Shown here in pieces: positions 41,659 through 51,294 of a stretch of DNA of 64,000 nt. Source of the stretch: Pedosphaera sp. (GTDB lineage: Bacteria; Verrucomicrobiota; Verrucomicrobiia; Limisphaerales; SIBH01). Location: contig JANOQV010000230.1 in assembly GCA_031414955.1 (NCBI GenBank), positions 14,332-78,331 on the forward strand, read 5' to 3'. The notes below the pieces were generated by a model. The model had not been told where the DNA came from and ran no database searches. It saw only the letters and a program-made list of their open reading frames with translations. How positions within the stretch are numbered: the first letter of the stretch is position 1; each line of letters begins with the position of its first letter. The translations under genes and the position numbers were made by a program.

Positions 41659-42966
41659 TCACACCTCTTCCAACGCCTTGCTCGCATCGCCGAACTTCGG
41701 CAGGCGCACGTTCATCTTGTCCATCATCGAGAGATAGAGCCGGCACATCTGGCGCTCGGACTTGCCCTTGTAATCGATGATGCGCCCGCCTTTGATGCGC
41801 CCCCCTGCCCCGCCGAGCAACACGACCGGGAGCTGATCATTGTTGTGATTGCCGGTCATCATGCTGGAGCAATACATCAGCATCGTATTGTCGAGCAGCG
41901 TGCGCGGGCCTTCTTGGATGCCATCAAGCTTGCGCGCGATGTAGGCGACCTGTTCGAGGAAGAACTGGTTCACCTTCAGCCAGTCGGCCGTGTCGCTGTG
42001 CGAGAGCAGATGGTGAATCATGTAGTCCACGCCGAGGTTCGGGAACCGCAGCGAGCTGTGATCGTTGTTCAGCTTGAGCGTGGTGATGCGCGTCGTATCG
42101 GTCTGGAAGCCGAGCACCAGGATGTCGCACATCAACCGCATGTGTTCGGCGATGTCCTGCGGGATGCCGTCGGCGGGACGCGGGATGTTCGGCGCGCTCA
42201 GGGTCGGACGCCAGCCTTGGAGCTCACCCTTCTTGCCGGCGTTCTCGATGCGCTGCTCCACGTCGCGCACGGAGTCGAGATATTCGTCGAGCTTGCGCTG
42301 ATCATTTGCGCTGATGTGCCGGCGCAGATCTTTCGCGTCCGTCATCACCGCGTCCAGCACGCTTTTGTCGCCCTGGCTCACCTCGTCCTTGAACAGCCGG
42401 TCGAACGCCAGCGCGGGATAAACCTCCAGCGGCGTCGGCGTGGTCGGGGAACTCCACGAGATATGCGAGCTGTAGAGCATCGAGTAGTTCTTGTGGACGG
42501 ACGGATTCGACTTCTCACAACCCAGCACGAGACTCGGCACCTTGGTCGAGCGTCCGTAAGTTTGCGCCATCAACTGGTCGATGCTCGTGCCGGAACGAAT
42601 CTCGCCACCGGACGCCAGCGGCGCGCCGGAGAGCAGGTTGCCGGTCTGCGAGCTGTGGATGTTCCCCTTCGTTGACTCATCGTTGTAGAGGCCGCGCACG
42701 AAGAGCATCTTCTCGCGGAAATCGTTCAGCGGCGCGAGCACCTTGCCGAGCTCCATCTGCTTGCCTTCGCCCTTGGCCCACCATTCCTTCGAGTGAAAGC
42801 CGTTGCCCGAAAACAGCACGGCCAGCCGCACCGGCGCTTCACTGGCCGGCTTGACCCCGGCGGGCGGCGTGTCGCCCCAGACGGTGACCGATTCCATCCA
42901 CGGCAGCGCCATCGTGACGCCGACCCCGCGAAGAAACGTGCGACGAGAGAATTGGTGTGTGGTCAT
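41659..42966 (-). CDS. DUF1552 domain protein (Tat-like signal)
   Basis: SRRTFLRGVGVTMALPWMES, SIDQLMA, ISW....P.P.E..P..AFDRLF, D..KLDEYL.SVRDVE.RI, HHLLSH, TLLDNT. Confidence 0.9.
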   Translation of the reverse strand: MTTHQFSRRTFLRGVGVTMALPWMESVTVWGDTPPAGVKPASEAPVRLAVLFSGNGFHSKEWWAKGEGKQMELGKVLAPLNDFREKMLFVRGLYNDESTKGNIHSSQTGNLLSGAPLASGGEIRSGTSIDQLMAQTYGRSTKVPSLVLGCEKSNPSVHKNYSMLYSSHISWSSPTTPTPLEVYPALAFDRLFKDEVSQGDKSVLDAVMTDAKDLRRHISANDQRKLDEYLDSVRDVEQRIENAGKKGELQGWRPTLSAPNIPRPADGIPQDIAEHMRLMCDILVLGFQTDTTRITTLKLNNDHSSLRFPNLGVDYMIHHLLSHSDTADWLKVNQFFLEQVAYIARKLDGIQEGPRTLLDNTMLMYCSSMMTGNHNNDQLPVVLLGGAGGRIKGGRIIDYKGKSERQMCRLYLSMMDKMNVRLPKFGDASKALEEV

Positions 42967-43006
42967 AATCAGTTGGGGTTTGACGACTGGTCGCTCGAAT
43001 ACTTCA

Positions 43007-43894
43007 TCACACAAATCCTCTGAGAAAAGCGATGGCTTCGGCGCGCTTGGGGAAAGTCGCTTCAATCTTGGCACCAGTGTTGAACCGAATCTGAACTTCA
43101 AACGCTTCCCGCTGCTCGCCGTCTTCGCGCAACCGATACGACTTCTCTTCCTCAATCAAATAGGCAATCGCGCTCTCAACGTCCGAACACTCGACAGAAT
43201 GCCCGCGCAACACCGTCAGTCGAATCAAGGACACCTGACGGTTGAGGGCGGCCTCCAGACGCAGCTTGAAATCTGCAATCTCACGTCCGTGCAGTGCGTG
43301 AAGTTTCGCCAGCAGGCGGTCGGACGCTTGCGGTTGCGGCAGAGATTCCCATTTCGCAATCTTCTCGCGGAACTGCTTCTCGGTGGTGCCGCCCGTGCCG
43401 TCTTCTGAAGAGGCGTCGATGCCGAGTTCTTTGAACGCAGTCAAAATTGAGTTGTAAGGAATGTGCAGGACACCGAAGCCTTTCGATTCCAACTGCTGCA
43501 AGGCGCTCCGCGTGAACTCGCCCGCGAGCACCGCGCCACAGAACGGCTGATGACGCGAGAAGGTCAGGGCAATCGGCATCACCGCCGCTTCGATTTCTTG
43601 CACCTTGTTCTTCGAGTGCTTGGTGTAGCGTCGCCACGCTGACTCAATGAAAGCGATGGGAACACCGAGCGTGTCCTCTGTTCCACCGCGCTCCAGAACA
43701 TAGTCAAGGTCATGCTTATTACCGTAGCCATCCTGCCACGTCACTTTGCCCTGGCCGCCTCGCGTGGCGCGCGGTCGCTTGAAATCAAGGTGGAGTCCAT
43801 GCCGTTGCGCGACCTCGCCGAGAATGTTGCGAACGAACATCTCGAAACCGTCCCCGATGATCTGTCCCCAACGATGGGCGAGTGATTGGGCCAT
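43007..43894 (-). CDS. Putative type II restriction endonuclease (PD-(D/E)xK-like), partner of the adjacent MTase
   Basis: 295 aa, 12 nt downstream of the MTase; HDLDYVLE...FIESAWRRYTKHSKNK resembles a variant D...ExxK-type site; codon usage differs from neighbours. Family not securely recognised. Confidence 0.55.
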   Translation of the reverse strand: MAQSLAHRWGQIIGDGFEMFVRNILGEVAQRHGLHLDFKRPRATRGGQGKVTWQDGYGNKHDLDYVLERGGTEDTLGVPIAFIESAWRRYTKHSKNKVQEIEAAVMPIALTFSRHQPFCGAVLAGEFTRSALQQLESKGFGVLHIPYNSILTAFKELGIDASSEDGTGGTTEKQFREKIAKWESLPQPQASDRLLAKLHALHGREIADFKLRLEAALNRQVSLIRLTVLRGHSVECSDVESAIAYLIEEEKSYRLREDGEQREAFEVQIRFNTGAKIEATFPKRAEAIAFLRGFV

Positions 43895-43906
43895 AAGATT
43901 TCCCTG

Positions 43907-45280
43907 CTACCCGCGAACCCACAGATGCCCCTCGCACAACGGCACGCGATGCTTACGATTCTTCCACTTGATGTTTCGGTCGCGAAGTTTCTCGAAGGTC
44001 CAAGATTCAAACCCGGCCGCCAGCGCCAGCTTGCCGAACCACTCGATGACCGGCACATAAACGCCGTAGGGCGCGGAATCGCCGATGACGAAGCACACCT
44101 CCGATGGCGAGGCACATACACGCCGAAGCGACTTCCACGTCTGCGCCATGTCGAGAAAGTAGCAGGCGATCATGTTGTTGTAGGTCTTCTTGCCGCCGCG
44201 CCCCAACCGCACTTCCGAAAGTTCGCGGCAGACCGGCACAATCTCATCGCGGATCGGAGCGAGTTCTAGTGATTCCAGAATCTCATCAAGATTCACCGAC
44301 TTGGGCGGGACATGCTGGGAGCAGGCGCGCACGAGATGTTTGCGGACCGCTTCCTGGAGGTCGCCCCAACCGCGAATTTCGCCCATGAACGCCATCTCCA
44401 ATCGCGTGGCATCGGCATAGTCGTAATTGTTTGCGTAGGGCGGCGACGTAATGACGAGCGTGGCCCATCCGTCCGGCACAGTTGCGCACTTGCGCGCATC
44501 ATCCACCCGCAGCTTCGCCAGTGGTTTGGCCCGCCGCGCCATGAAACGTATGTCGGCGGCGAGCATCTGCACCGCCTTGTGCAACGTGACTTCGGGCGAC
44601 GGTGGCACGGACTTGCGCCGACCCGGCAACACATATTGCCACGGTGCCGTGCCCGCTTCGGAAACCACTCTCAGCGACGACACGAGCGCCATCCAGAGCA
44701 GACCAGCTTCAGGCGATCCGTCCTGCTCCGACTCGACGGCCTGACGGAAACGGTCCAGATAATCCAACGTCTCCAAGCCGTAACACTTCGCGATGATTTC
44801 CGGGTAGTGCTTCGTTTCCGCCTTTGCCTTCCGCGCAAACGCGAAGGCGCTTTCTGCTTTGGAAATGAGCCGTTCCGGGTCGGTGGCGTAACTCAACTTG
44901 GCTTGCGCCACCCGATACACAAACGGATGCGCTTCGATGCCGTAGGACGGAACGCTCATCTCATCGCACGCCAGGCAGGTCGTTCCCGAGCCAACAAACG
45001 GGTCGACCACCCGGAGTTCATGGCCATCGCGTTCGGCCAGCAGCCACTTCACCCACTCTGCCGAAAAGCCCGCGCTGTAACGAAACCACCGGTGAATCGG
45101 CAGCCGCATGTTGTTGAGAAAATTGGACGTGTGGCCGACGGCCTCCAGTGCCGGTCGAACTTCTTTGGCTTCCTTGTCGGATTCAAACATGTCGAGCACG
45201 GCTTGCTCGTAGTCCTCACGCAATCGCAGGAGGACGCCACTGTCCTCCTTTGGTAAGGGGTATTTTGTTGACGAGGACAT
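43907..45280 (-). CDS. DNA methyltransferase, probably N4-cytosine, alpha-type motif order
   Basis: HRWFRYSAGFS; motif I VVDPFVGSGTT before motif IV ITSPPYANNYDY; FVIGDS. Confidence 0.88.
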   Translation of the reverse strand: MSSSTKYPLPKEDSGVLLRLREDYEQAVLDMFESDKEAKEVRPALEAVGHTSNFLNNMRLPIHRWFRYSAGFSAEWVKWLLAERDGHELRVVDPFVGSGTTCLACDEMSVPSYGIEAHPFVYRVAQAKLSYATDPERLISKAESAFAFARKAKAETKHYPEIIAKCYGLETLDYLDRFRQAVESEQDGSPEAGLLWMALVSSLRVVSEAGTAPWQYVLPGRRKSVPPSPEVTLHKAVQMLAADIRFMARRAKPLAKLRVDDARKCATVPDGWATLVITSPPYANNYDYADATRLEMAFMGEIRGWGDLQEAVRKHLVRACSQHVPPKSVNLDEILESLELAPIRDEIVPVCRELSEVRLGRGGKKTYNNMIACYFLDMAQTWKSLRRVCASPSEVCFVIGDSAPYGVYVPVIEWFGKLALAAGFESWTFEKLRDRNIKWKNRKHRVPLCEGHLWVRG

Positions 45281-45591
45281 CAATGTGAACCTTGTGAGAA
45301 TTGGCGCTCGCCAGCAAAGACCTTGCTGCGGCAATTGGGACAACCGAATTCTGAATCCACGCCTTCCTTGAAACGCAGGCCGGTATCCTTACCCAGCGAA
45401 TCCTCGTAACAAGTGAGCAGGAAACCGTGAACATCAACATCTTCTTTCAGCCCGCACTTGGAACACTCAAGAAGTTCGCGATTGTCTGTGAAAACGCCGA
45501 GCCGCTCTGCTTCGGCTTTTATCCGCTGCAAATGACTGGCAAGCTCTGACAAACCCGCTGGAAGTCGGTTCTGAGTGCGATGCTTTTTCAT
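45280..45591 (-). CDS. Small hypothetical protein with two CxxC pairs (zinc ribbon-like)
   Basis: CSKC...CPNC; TGATG stop/start overlap with the MTase. Confidence 0.65.
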   Translation of the reverse strand: MKKHRTQNRLPAGLSELASHLQRIKAEAERLGVFTDNRELLECSKCGLKEDVDVHGFLLTCYEDSLGKDTGLRFKEGVDSEFGCPNCRSKVFAGERQFSQGSH

Positions 45592-45612
45592 TATTCTTTA
45601 GCAGCCCAGTAT

Positions 45613-48600
45613 TTACTCGTCTGTGGCGGCTTCGCGACCTCTAATTTCGCGCAATTGTTGACTGCGGACAATCGTCTCCATCGCGGCGCTGATGTGGAAG
45701 TCGTGCTTCTTGAGTTGCTCGCGCATCTCGGTGATCAACGGAGCGTCAGAGAGCAGCACACCGCGGCCGAGGGAGTAGCCGAGCAGCTTGCGGCAGAATT
45801 GTTTCAGGAACGCATCGCGGCGCGTCGTGAGCAGGTAGCGGCGCAAGCCTTCGAGGCCGTCGATCTCCGAGCCGTCCATCACCTTCGCCTTTACGTCGAT
45901 GTTGCGCCCGCCGAGGTCGTGTTCGCGGAAGCGGCCGATGGCGTCGTAGGCTTCGAGCGAGTAGCCATAGGCGTCGATGCGGCGATGGCAGCCGTAGCAC
46001 TTCGGGTCGCTGCTGTGCTTCTCCGTGAGCTGCCGCATCGTGAGTGTCTCAGTCGCCTCGTCCTCGGGGAGTTGCGGCACACCTTTCGGCGGACGCGGCA
46101 GTTTCTCGCCGAGCAGGACTTCGCAGAGCCAGTTGCCGCGCAGGATGGGGCTGGTGCGCGACGCGCCGGATTGCTTCGCCAGCGTCGTGGCCTGGGCGAG
46201 AATTCCGCCGCGCGAGAACTTCTTCACGCCTTCCACGCGTTGCCAGTCGTTGGTGCCGCTGAACTTTACGTTCGTGATGCCGTAGTGCCTTGCGAGGTCG
46301 GCGTTCAGGAACGTGTAGTCGGCATCGAGGATGTTCAGCACCGAGCCGTCGTTCTGAAAGAGGTCGGTGGAGAAACGAATCGTCTCCTCATACATCGCGC
46401 CCCGCAGGCCGGTGAAGGTCGGGAAATGGCGGTCGCTCTTTTCGCCCAGTTCGTCGAAGTCGTAAATGTGCAGCCAGGCGCAGGCGAACTCGGTGGCGAG
46501 ACGACGTGTGCGTTCGTCCTTGAGCATCCGGCGCGTCTGCGCGACGAGAACGTCCGGCTTGCGTAGCTTGCCGCTCGCGGCAACGGCGCGCAGTTCGGCA
46601 TCGGGCGCGGAGGACCAAAGGAAGTAACTCAAGCGCGTGGCCAGCTCCCAATCGCTCACCGGCCCGGACTTGTCGCCCGGCCCCGGCTTCTCTGCGCGAT
46701 AAAGAAACGCAGGTGCCACAAGTGTGCGCGCGAGCGTGAGGCGGATGGCCTGATCGTGTGGAATCTCCTCCGCACGCAGCTTGCGATACAAGCCGCGCAG
46801 CTCCTCCTTTTCCGCGTCCGTCAGCGGACGGCGATACGCGCCATCGGCGAACTTCAGCATGGCGTCGAGATGCTTCGGCTGCGTGTCCACGAGCAGCTTC
46901 TTGAATTCCTCCGCGCGCTGCTTGATGGGTTCACGCATCGGCGTGAAGGCGCTCGGGTCGGCGTCCTGCGTGGCGTATTGCCAGAGCTGCTCGAAGGCAT
47001 CGACGAGCTTGAGCGCATCGTGACTGGTGTAGTGAAGTTCTGCCCAGAGTCGCTCCAACTGCGCCGTCTCCTTTTCGTCGAGCAGCAGGCGGCGCAGCGC
47101 GTCGTCCTCGCGATAGTAGAGCGTGAGCGTCACGACCTCATCGACCGGCACGATCTTCGTGTAGCAGAGCGCGGCGGGGAACAACTGGCGAAACGCGTCG
47201 AGCGCGCCCTCGATGCGTTTCCGTGTGGCGCTGCCGTCCATCACGATGATGGGTGAGTCGGAAACCACCGGACGCTCACCGTCAGACCAAGTGCTCTTGC
47301 CGCCTTGTTCCGACACCACACCTGCGGCGAGACCGGGACTGCTGGCCGGCTTTGTGGTGAGCACCTGCATCTGCACGCTGCCCTCGGCGCCGGTCTCCTT
47401 GTGCAACATGCCCGTCGCCACAAACTCGCATCCTTCAACTAAGTCAGCGGGCAACCGCACCTCGATGACCGACGGCGCGCGGACGCACAGACTCGAAGCG
47501 TTCACCTTCGCGCCATTCGGATGTTTGCCGAAGATCGCGGGGTCGAGGCCGTAGCTCGTGGCGGACGAGGTCACGAGGCTCTGATCTTTTCGCGTTTCAG
47601 TTAGAGCCTCCTCACGTCGGCTGCTACGAAGGATGGAGGACAACAACGGTCCGTTCAGTGACGTGAGCTGGCGGTAAAGCACGGCATCCGGCACGTCTTT
47701 CGCCAGGCCCGCCGCGCCACCAGCCAGCAACTTCTGGAGCTCACCCGCCAGCTTCTGCTTCTCCTCTGCGCTCGCGCTCGATTGCCATTTCGCCAGCAAC
47801 GATCCCGCCGGCAACACCGACTCCGCGCCACCGCCCTTGTCTGGTTCGCTGTAAAAGTGCCACACGCCCGCGTTGCCAAGACTGTCCGCGTGCGGGTTCC
47901 CGGCGAGAATGCTCGGCGAAACATCCTTCGCCAGGTTCCATGTTCGCGTGCCGTCGCTGAGGTTGAAATCCACCGCCGTCAGATCGCAGGAGTGATTGCC
48001 GTCGCGCGGACCGATGACCACGGACATCACGTCGCCGGACTGCACCGCGAGATTCTCGAACGGACCGAACTTCACTTCCTTCGAGCCTTGCGACGTGCCG
48101 GTGGCGAGCCGCTGGCGCGAGCTGCCGCGCCGCAGTTCGAGCGTCCAGGTCACGCCATTACCACACTCGGGATGCGCGTGTTGCACCACACCCTCGACGC
48201 GTACAGCCGTCGCGACCGGACTGCGCCAGCCGATGATGACGCGCCGCTTTGGCGAGGGATGTACGACGACGCTGTGCGGCTTCACGTTACCCGGCACCCG
48301 CACATGTTGGTCGGAGGAGTTGGCGGAGACGCTCAACGCATCGGCGCCGGTCCAGCCTTTGACGAAGTCGAAACTCTCCGCCTTCTCCGACTTCCCCGTC
48401 ATGTGCGAATCGATGCGCACCTCGCCCGTGCCGATGCCGAGACAATCCAGCCACGCCGTGAGTATCGCCGGTTCGACGCCGTGCTTTTGCGCCAGTTGCG
48501 CCACCGCGTTCTTGTCCGGCGAACCAGTGACCTCCGCTGCCGCTGCGAGACACTTGGCCGCGCTGGAGAAAACTTTCTCGCGATGCGTCGTTAGCGACTC

Positions 48601-49875
48601 AAACGCCGCCCGCACATCGCGCAACGACAGGTCCGGCCGGCCCGGAGCCACGAGCCGGGGATTCTCCCACACCGCGAAATCATTCGCATTCCCGTCGCCC
48701 GCATCAGACGCAGCCAGATACAAGGTGACTTCGTTCTTACCGGCGGCCGGGGCGGGAATTTTCATCCGCACTTCTCGTGCGCTGGCGAGCGGGGTGACCG
48801 GCATCTGCCATGCCTTCGGACCATCGCGCTTGCCGATATGCCCGACCTGCGTGAAGCGCCACAAGGTCTGCTGCCATTGCGCGATGCTGAGCTTGAGCGC
48901 GTCAGCATCTCCGGGCTTGGCCAAGCGCCATTGGGCGCGGATTGGGTCGAGAACCAGAGAAGCATTCGTAGCGCTCAGTGCATTTATGAGTGTCAGGAGA
49001 TACTTGCCAGAAATGCCATGAGTGGCGGCGTGGTTCGTCACCAAAGACGGATTTGCCCAGCCCCATGAATACTTGGCACGCAACTCCAGCGTTGCCTCCA
49101 GATACGTCTTGAGCGGCAACACTCCGCCGTCCTTGGTGTCGAACTTGATGCCTTGCAGGTTCACGGCCGAGCCGCCGCCCGGCACGGAGTAACGCCCGTA
49201 GAACTCGCGGATGGCGGCGAGCTTCTCCTCCGCCCAATCCCGCTGCGATGTGCTGGGAGAGAACGCGATTCCATCCGGCAGCAACACCGCGTGATCGGCG
49301 ATGTCCTTCGCCGCATCGAGATACTTCGTCACGAGCGACGGCGACATCACGAGCGAGTTGCCCACATTCATGAAGCCTTCGCCGGAAGCGGAATCGACCG
49401 GAAACTCCTTCGCTGGATCGAGCGACGGCACGCCCGTGAGGTCGCGAATCGTGTATTTGTATTCCGCGTTGTTCAGCCGCCGCAGCACGACCGGGCCGGG
49501 ATCTCCAGCGCGAGCCTGGGCTGCCGCGTCGAGAGCGGCGTTCACCCACTGTTGGAGTCGCTCCTTTTCGGCGGCACTAGGCTGAGGTTTCTCCTTGGGC
49601 GGCATCTCATCGAGCGAGATTTGATCGAGCACGCCCGGCCAGACCTTCGGATGCTTCATCACCTCGTTCAGTGAAGTGAAACGCTCCAAGTCCAGTTCGC
49701 CCTTCTGCTTCTCGGTCGAATGGCAGCCGAGACAATACTGCTTGAGCAGTGGCTGAATCTGCCGGCCAAAGTCGCGCTCCAGCGAAGCAAGCGCCGCGGC
49801 TTCTGCCGTCCGTGACGACAGACCAAGCACCACCATCGAGATCAACACCACTCCGTATTTTCGTATGCTTCTCAT
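45613..49875 (-). CDS. PVC cytochrome c / DUF1587-1595-1592-1588-1585 protein
   Basis: Signal peptide; CLGCH; LRRLNNAEY..TIRDLTG; AYRRPLT; ELATRLSYFLWSS.PD; RTSPILRG; CYGCH; KLLGYSLGR. Confidence 0.92.
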   Translation of the reverse strand: MRSIRKYGVVLISMVVLGLSSRTAEAAALASLERDFGRQIQPLLKQYCLGCHSTEKQKGELDLERFTSLNEVMKHPKVWPGVLDQISLDEMPPKEKPQPSAAEKERLQQWVNAALDAAAQARAGDPGPVVLRRLNNAEYKYTIRDLTGVPSLDPAKEFPVDSASGEGFMNVGNSLVMSPSLVTKYLDAAKDIADHAVLLPDGIAFSPSTSQRDWAEEKLAAIREFYGRYSVPGGGSAVNLQGIKFDTKDGGVLPLKTYLEATLELRAKYSWGWANPSLVTNHAATHGISGKYLLTLINALSATNASLVLDPIRAQWRLAKPGDADALKLSIAQWQQTLWRFTQVGHIGKRDGPKAWQMPVTPLASAREVRMKIPAPAAGKNEVTLYLAASDAGDGNANDFAVWENPRLVAPGRPDLSLRDVRAAFESLTTHREKVFSSAAKCLAAAAEVTGSPDKNAVAQLAQKHGVEPAILTAWLDCLGIGTGEVRIDSHMTGKSEKAESFDFVKGWTGADALSVSANSSDQHVRVPGNVKPHSVVVHPSPKRRVIIGWRSPVATAVRVEGVVQHAHPECGNGVTWTLELRRGSSRQRLATGTSQGSKEVKFGPFENLAVQSGDVMSVVIGPRDGNHSCDLTAVDFNLSDGTRTWNLAKDVSPSILAGNPHADSLGNAGVWHFYSEPDKGGGAESVLPAGSLLAKWQSSASAEEKQKLAGELQKLLAGGAAGLAKDVPDAVLYRQLTSLNGPLLSSILRSSRREEALTETRKDQSLVTSSATSYGLDPAIFGKHPNGAKVNASSLCVRAPSVIEVRLPADLVEGCEFVATGMLHKETGAEGSVQMQVLTTKPASSPGLAAGVVSEQGGKSTWSDGERPVVSDSPIIVMDGSATRKRIEGALDAFRQLFPAALCYTKIVPVDEVVTLTLYYREDDALRRLLLDEKETAQLERLWAELHYTSHDALKLVDAFEQLWQYATQDADPSAFTPMREPIKQRAEEFKKLLVDTQPKHLDAMLKFADGAYRRPLTDAEKEELRGLYRKLRAEEIPHDQAIRLTLARTLVAPAFLYRAEKPGPGDKSGPVSDWELATRLSYFLWSSAPDAELRAVAASGKLRKPDVLVAQTRRMLKDERTRRLATEFACAWLHIYDFDELGEKSDRHFPTFTGLRGAMYEETIRFSTDLFQNDGSVLNILDADYTFLNADLARHYGITNVKFSGTNDWQRVEGVKKFSRGGILAQATTLAKQSGASRTSPILRGNWLCEVLLGEKLPRPPKGVPQLPEDEATETLTMRQLTEKHSSDPKCYGCHRRIDAYGYSLEAYDAIGRFREHDLGGRNIDVKAKVMDGSEIDGLEGLRRYLLTTRRDAFLKQFCRKLLGYSLGRGVLLSDAPLITEMREQLKKHDFHISAAMETIVRSQQLREIRGREAATDE
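47556..47629. repeat. REP doublet lying in-frame within the DUF1592 CDS
   Basis: TCGTGGCGGACGAGGTCACGAGGCTCT vs reverse complement of 47603-47629 TCGTAGCAGCCGACGTGAGGAGGCTCT, 21/27; encodes RSSRREEALTETRKDQSLVTSSAT. Confidence 0.75.
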
Positions 49876-51287
49876 GTGAGTATTCCGTGGACGACGTTGC
49901 CCGCTACATCAGTCAATCGGTAATCGCGCCCCGTGTGGCGGTAGGTCAACCGCTCATGATCGAGGCCCATCAGGTGCAGGATCGTGGCATGGAAATCGTG
50001 AACGTGGACGGGATCCTTCGCGACGTTGATGCCGTAGTCGTCGGACTCGCCATACACCGTTCCCGGCTTCACTCCGGCGCCGGCCAGCCACGAGGAGAAC
50101 ACCCAATGATGATGCTCGCGGCCCTTCGCATCGGGGGCTTCGTTGAAGGGCGTGCGGCCGAACTCGGTGGTCCACACGACCAGCGTGTCGTCAAGCATCC
50201 CGCGCGACTTCAAATCGCGCAGCAGGCCGGCAATCGCTTGATCGACGTTCTTCGCCAGGGGCGTGTGAGTGAGCATGTCGCCGTGCGCGTCCCAATTGTC
50301 GGACGAGCCGACATCGATCAACTCGACGAAGCGCACGCCGCGCTCCGCGAGCCGGCGCGCCACGAGGCATTGCCAGGCGAAGCCCTTCGTGCTGCCGCGT
50401 TCCAGTCCGTAGAGCTTGAGGGTCGCGTCGCTTTCCTTCGAGAGGTCGAAGACCTCGGGCATCTCGGCCTGCATCCCGAAGGCGGTCTCGAAGGATTTGA
50501 TGCGCGCGTTGAGCAGCGGGTCATCCGCGCGCGTGGCGAGATGCCGCTGATTCAGCTTCGCCATCGCCCGGAGCTCCAGTTCCTGCAGGCGACTGGTGGC
50601 GACGCGACGCTTGATGTTCGCGACCGGCTCCGTTCCTGGAAGCACGAGCGTGCCTTGATGCGCGCCGGGGAGGAAGTCGCTCGCCCACACCTGGCCGCCG
50701 GCGTACGGCGTCTTCGGCGCGATGACGACGAACGACGGCAGGTTGCGGTTCTCGCTGCCCAAGCCATAGCTGACCCACGAACCGATGCTCGGTCGCGCGA
50801 AGGTGAACGAGCCGGTGTGGAGGCCGAGCGTCGCCTCGTAATGATTGGTGTGATCGGACTTCATCGAGCGGATGACGCAAAGGTCATCCACGCAGTCAGC
50901 CATGTACGGGAACAGTGAGCTGACTTCCGTGCCGCATTTTCCGTGCTTCGCGAATTCCCACTGCGGCCGCTTGGCGAACATCTTGAAGTCGCCCTTGCGT
51001 CCCTGGAATTCGTTCACCTCGACCGTCTTGCCGGCGTCCGCGAAAAGCTTTGGCTTGTGGTCCCACGAATCGACGTGCGACACGCCGCCGCTCATGTAGA
51101 GAAAGATAACGCGCTTCGCCTTGGGCGGGAAATGCGGCGCGCGCGGCAGCAGCGGGTCCGCCGGACCGGAACGCGCGGCATCCTCGGCCAGCAACTGCGA
51201 GAGGAGGCCGGGGAATAGCACCGAGCCTCCCACCATCGAGCGGAGGAAGCCGCGCCGGGAAAACGGGGAGGCAAAGTGGGTCTTCAT
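49872..51287 (-). CDS. DUF1501 domain protein (Tat-exported)
   Basis: SRRGFL; PHFPPKAKRVIFLYMSGGVSHVDSWDHKP; RPSIGSWVSYGLGSEN; CLVARRLAERGVRFV; WDAH; EFGRTP; GREH; HVHDFHATILHLMG. Confidence 0.93.
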   Translation of the reverse strand: MKTHFASPFSRRGFLRSMVGGSVLFPGLLSQLLAEDAARSGPADPLLPRAPHFPPKAKRVIFLYMSGGVSHVDSWDHKPKLFADAGKTVEVNEFQGRKGDFKMFAKRPQWEFAKHGKCGTEVSSLFPYMADCVDDLCVIRSMKSDHTNHYEATLGLHTGSFTFARPSIGSWVSYGLGSENRNLPSFVVIAPKTPYAGGQVWASDFLPGAHQGTLVLPGTEPVANIKRRVATSRLQELELRAMAKLNQRHLATRADDPLLNARIKSFETAFGMQAEMPEVFDLSKESDATLKLYGLERGSTKGFAWQCLVARRLAERGVRFVELIDVGSSDNWDAHGDMLTHTPLAKNVDQAIAGLLRDLKSRGMLDDTLVVWTTEFGRTPFNEAPDAKGREHHHWVFSSWLAGAGVKPGTVYGESDDYGINVAKDPVHVHDFHATILHLMGLDHERLTYRHTGRDYRLTDVAGNVVHGILT

Positions 51288-51294
51288 CTCGTCA

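Noticed and set aside
48950..49090. Locally AT-richer patch inside the DUF1592 gene
   Set aside because: Frame intact with no repeats or ends seen; probably a variable linker.
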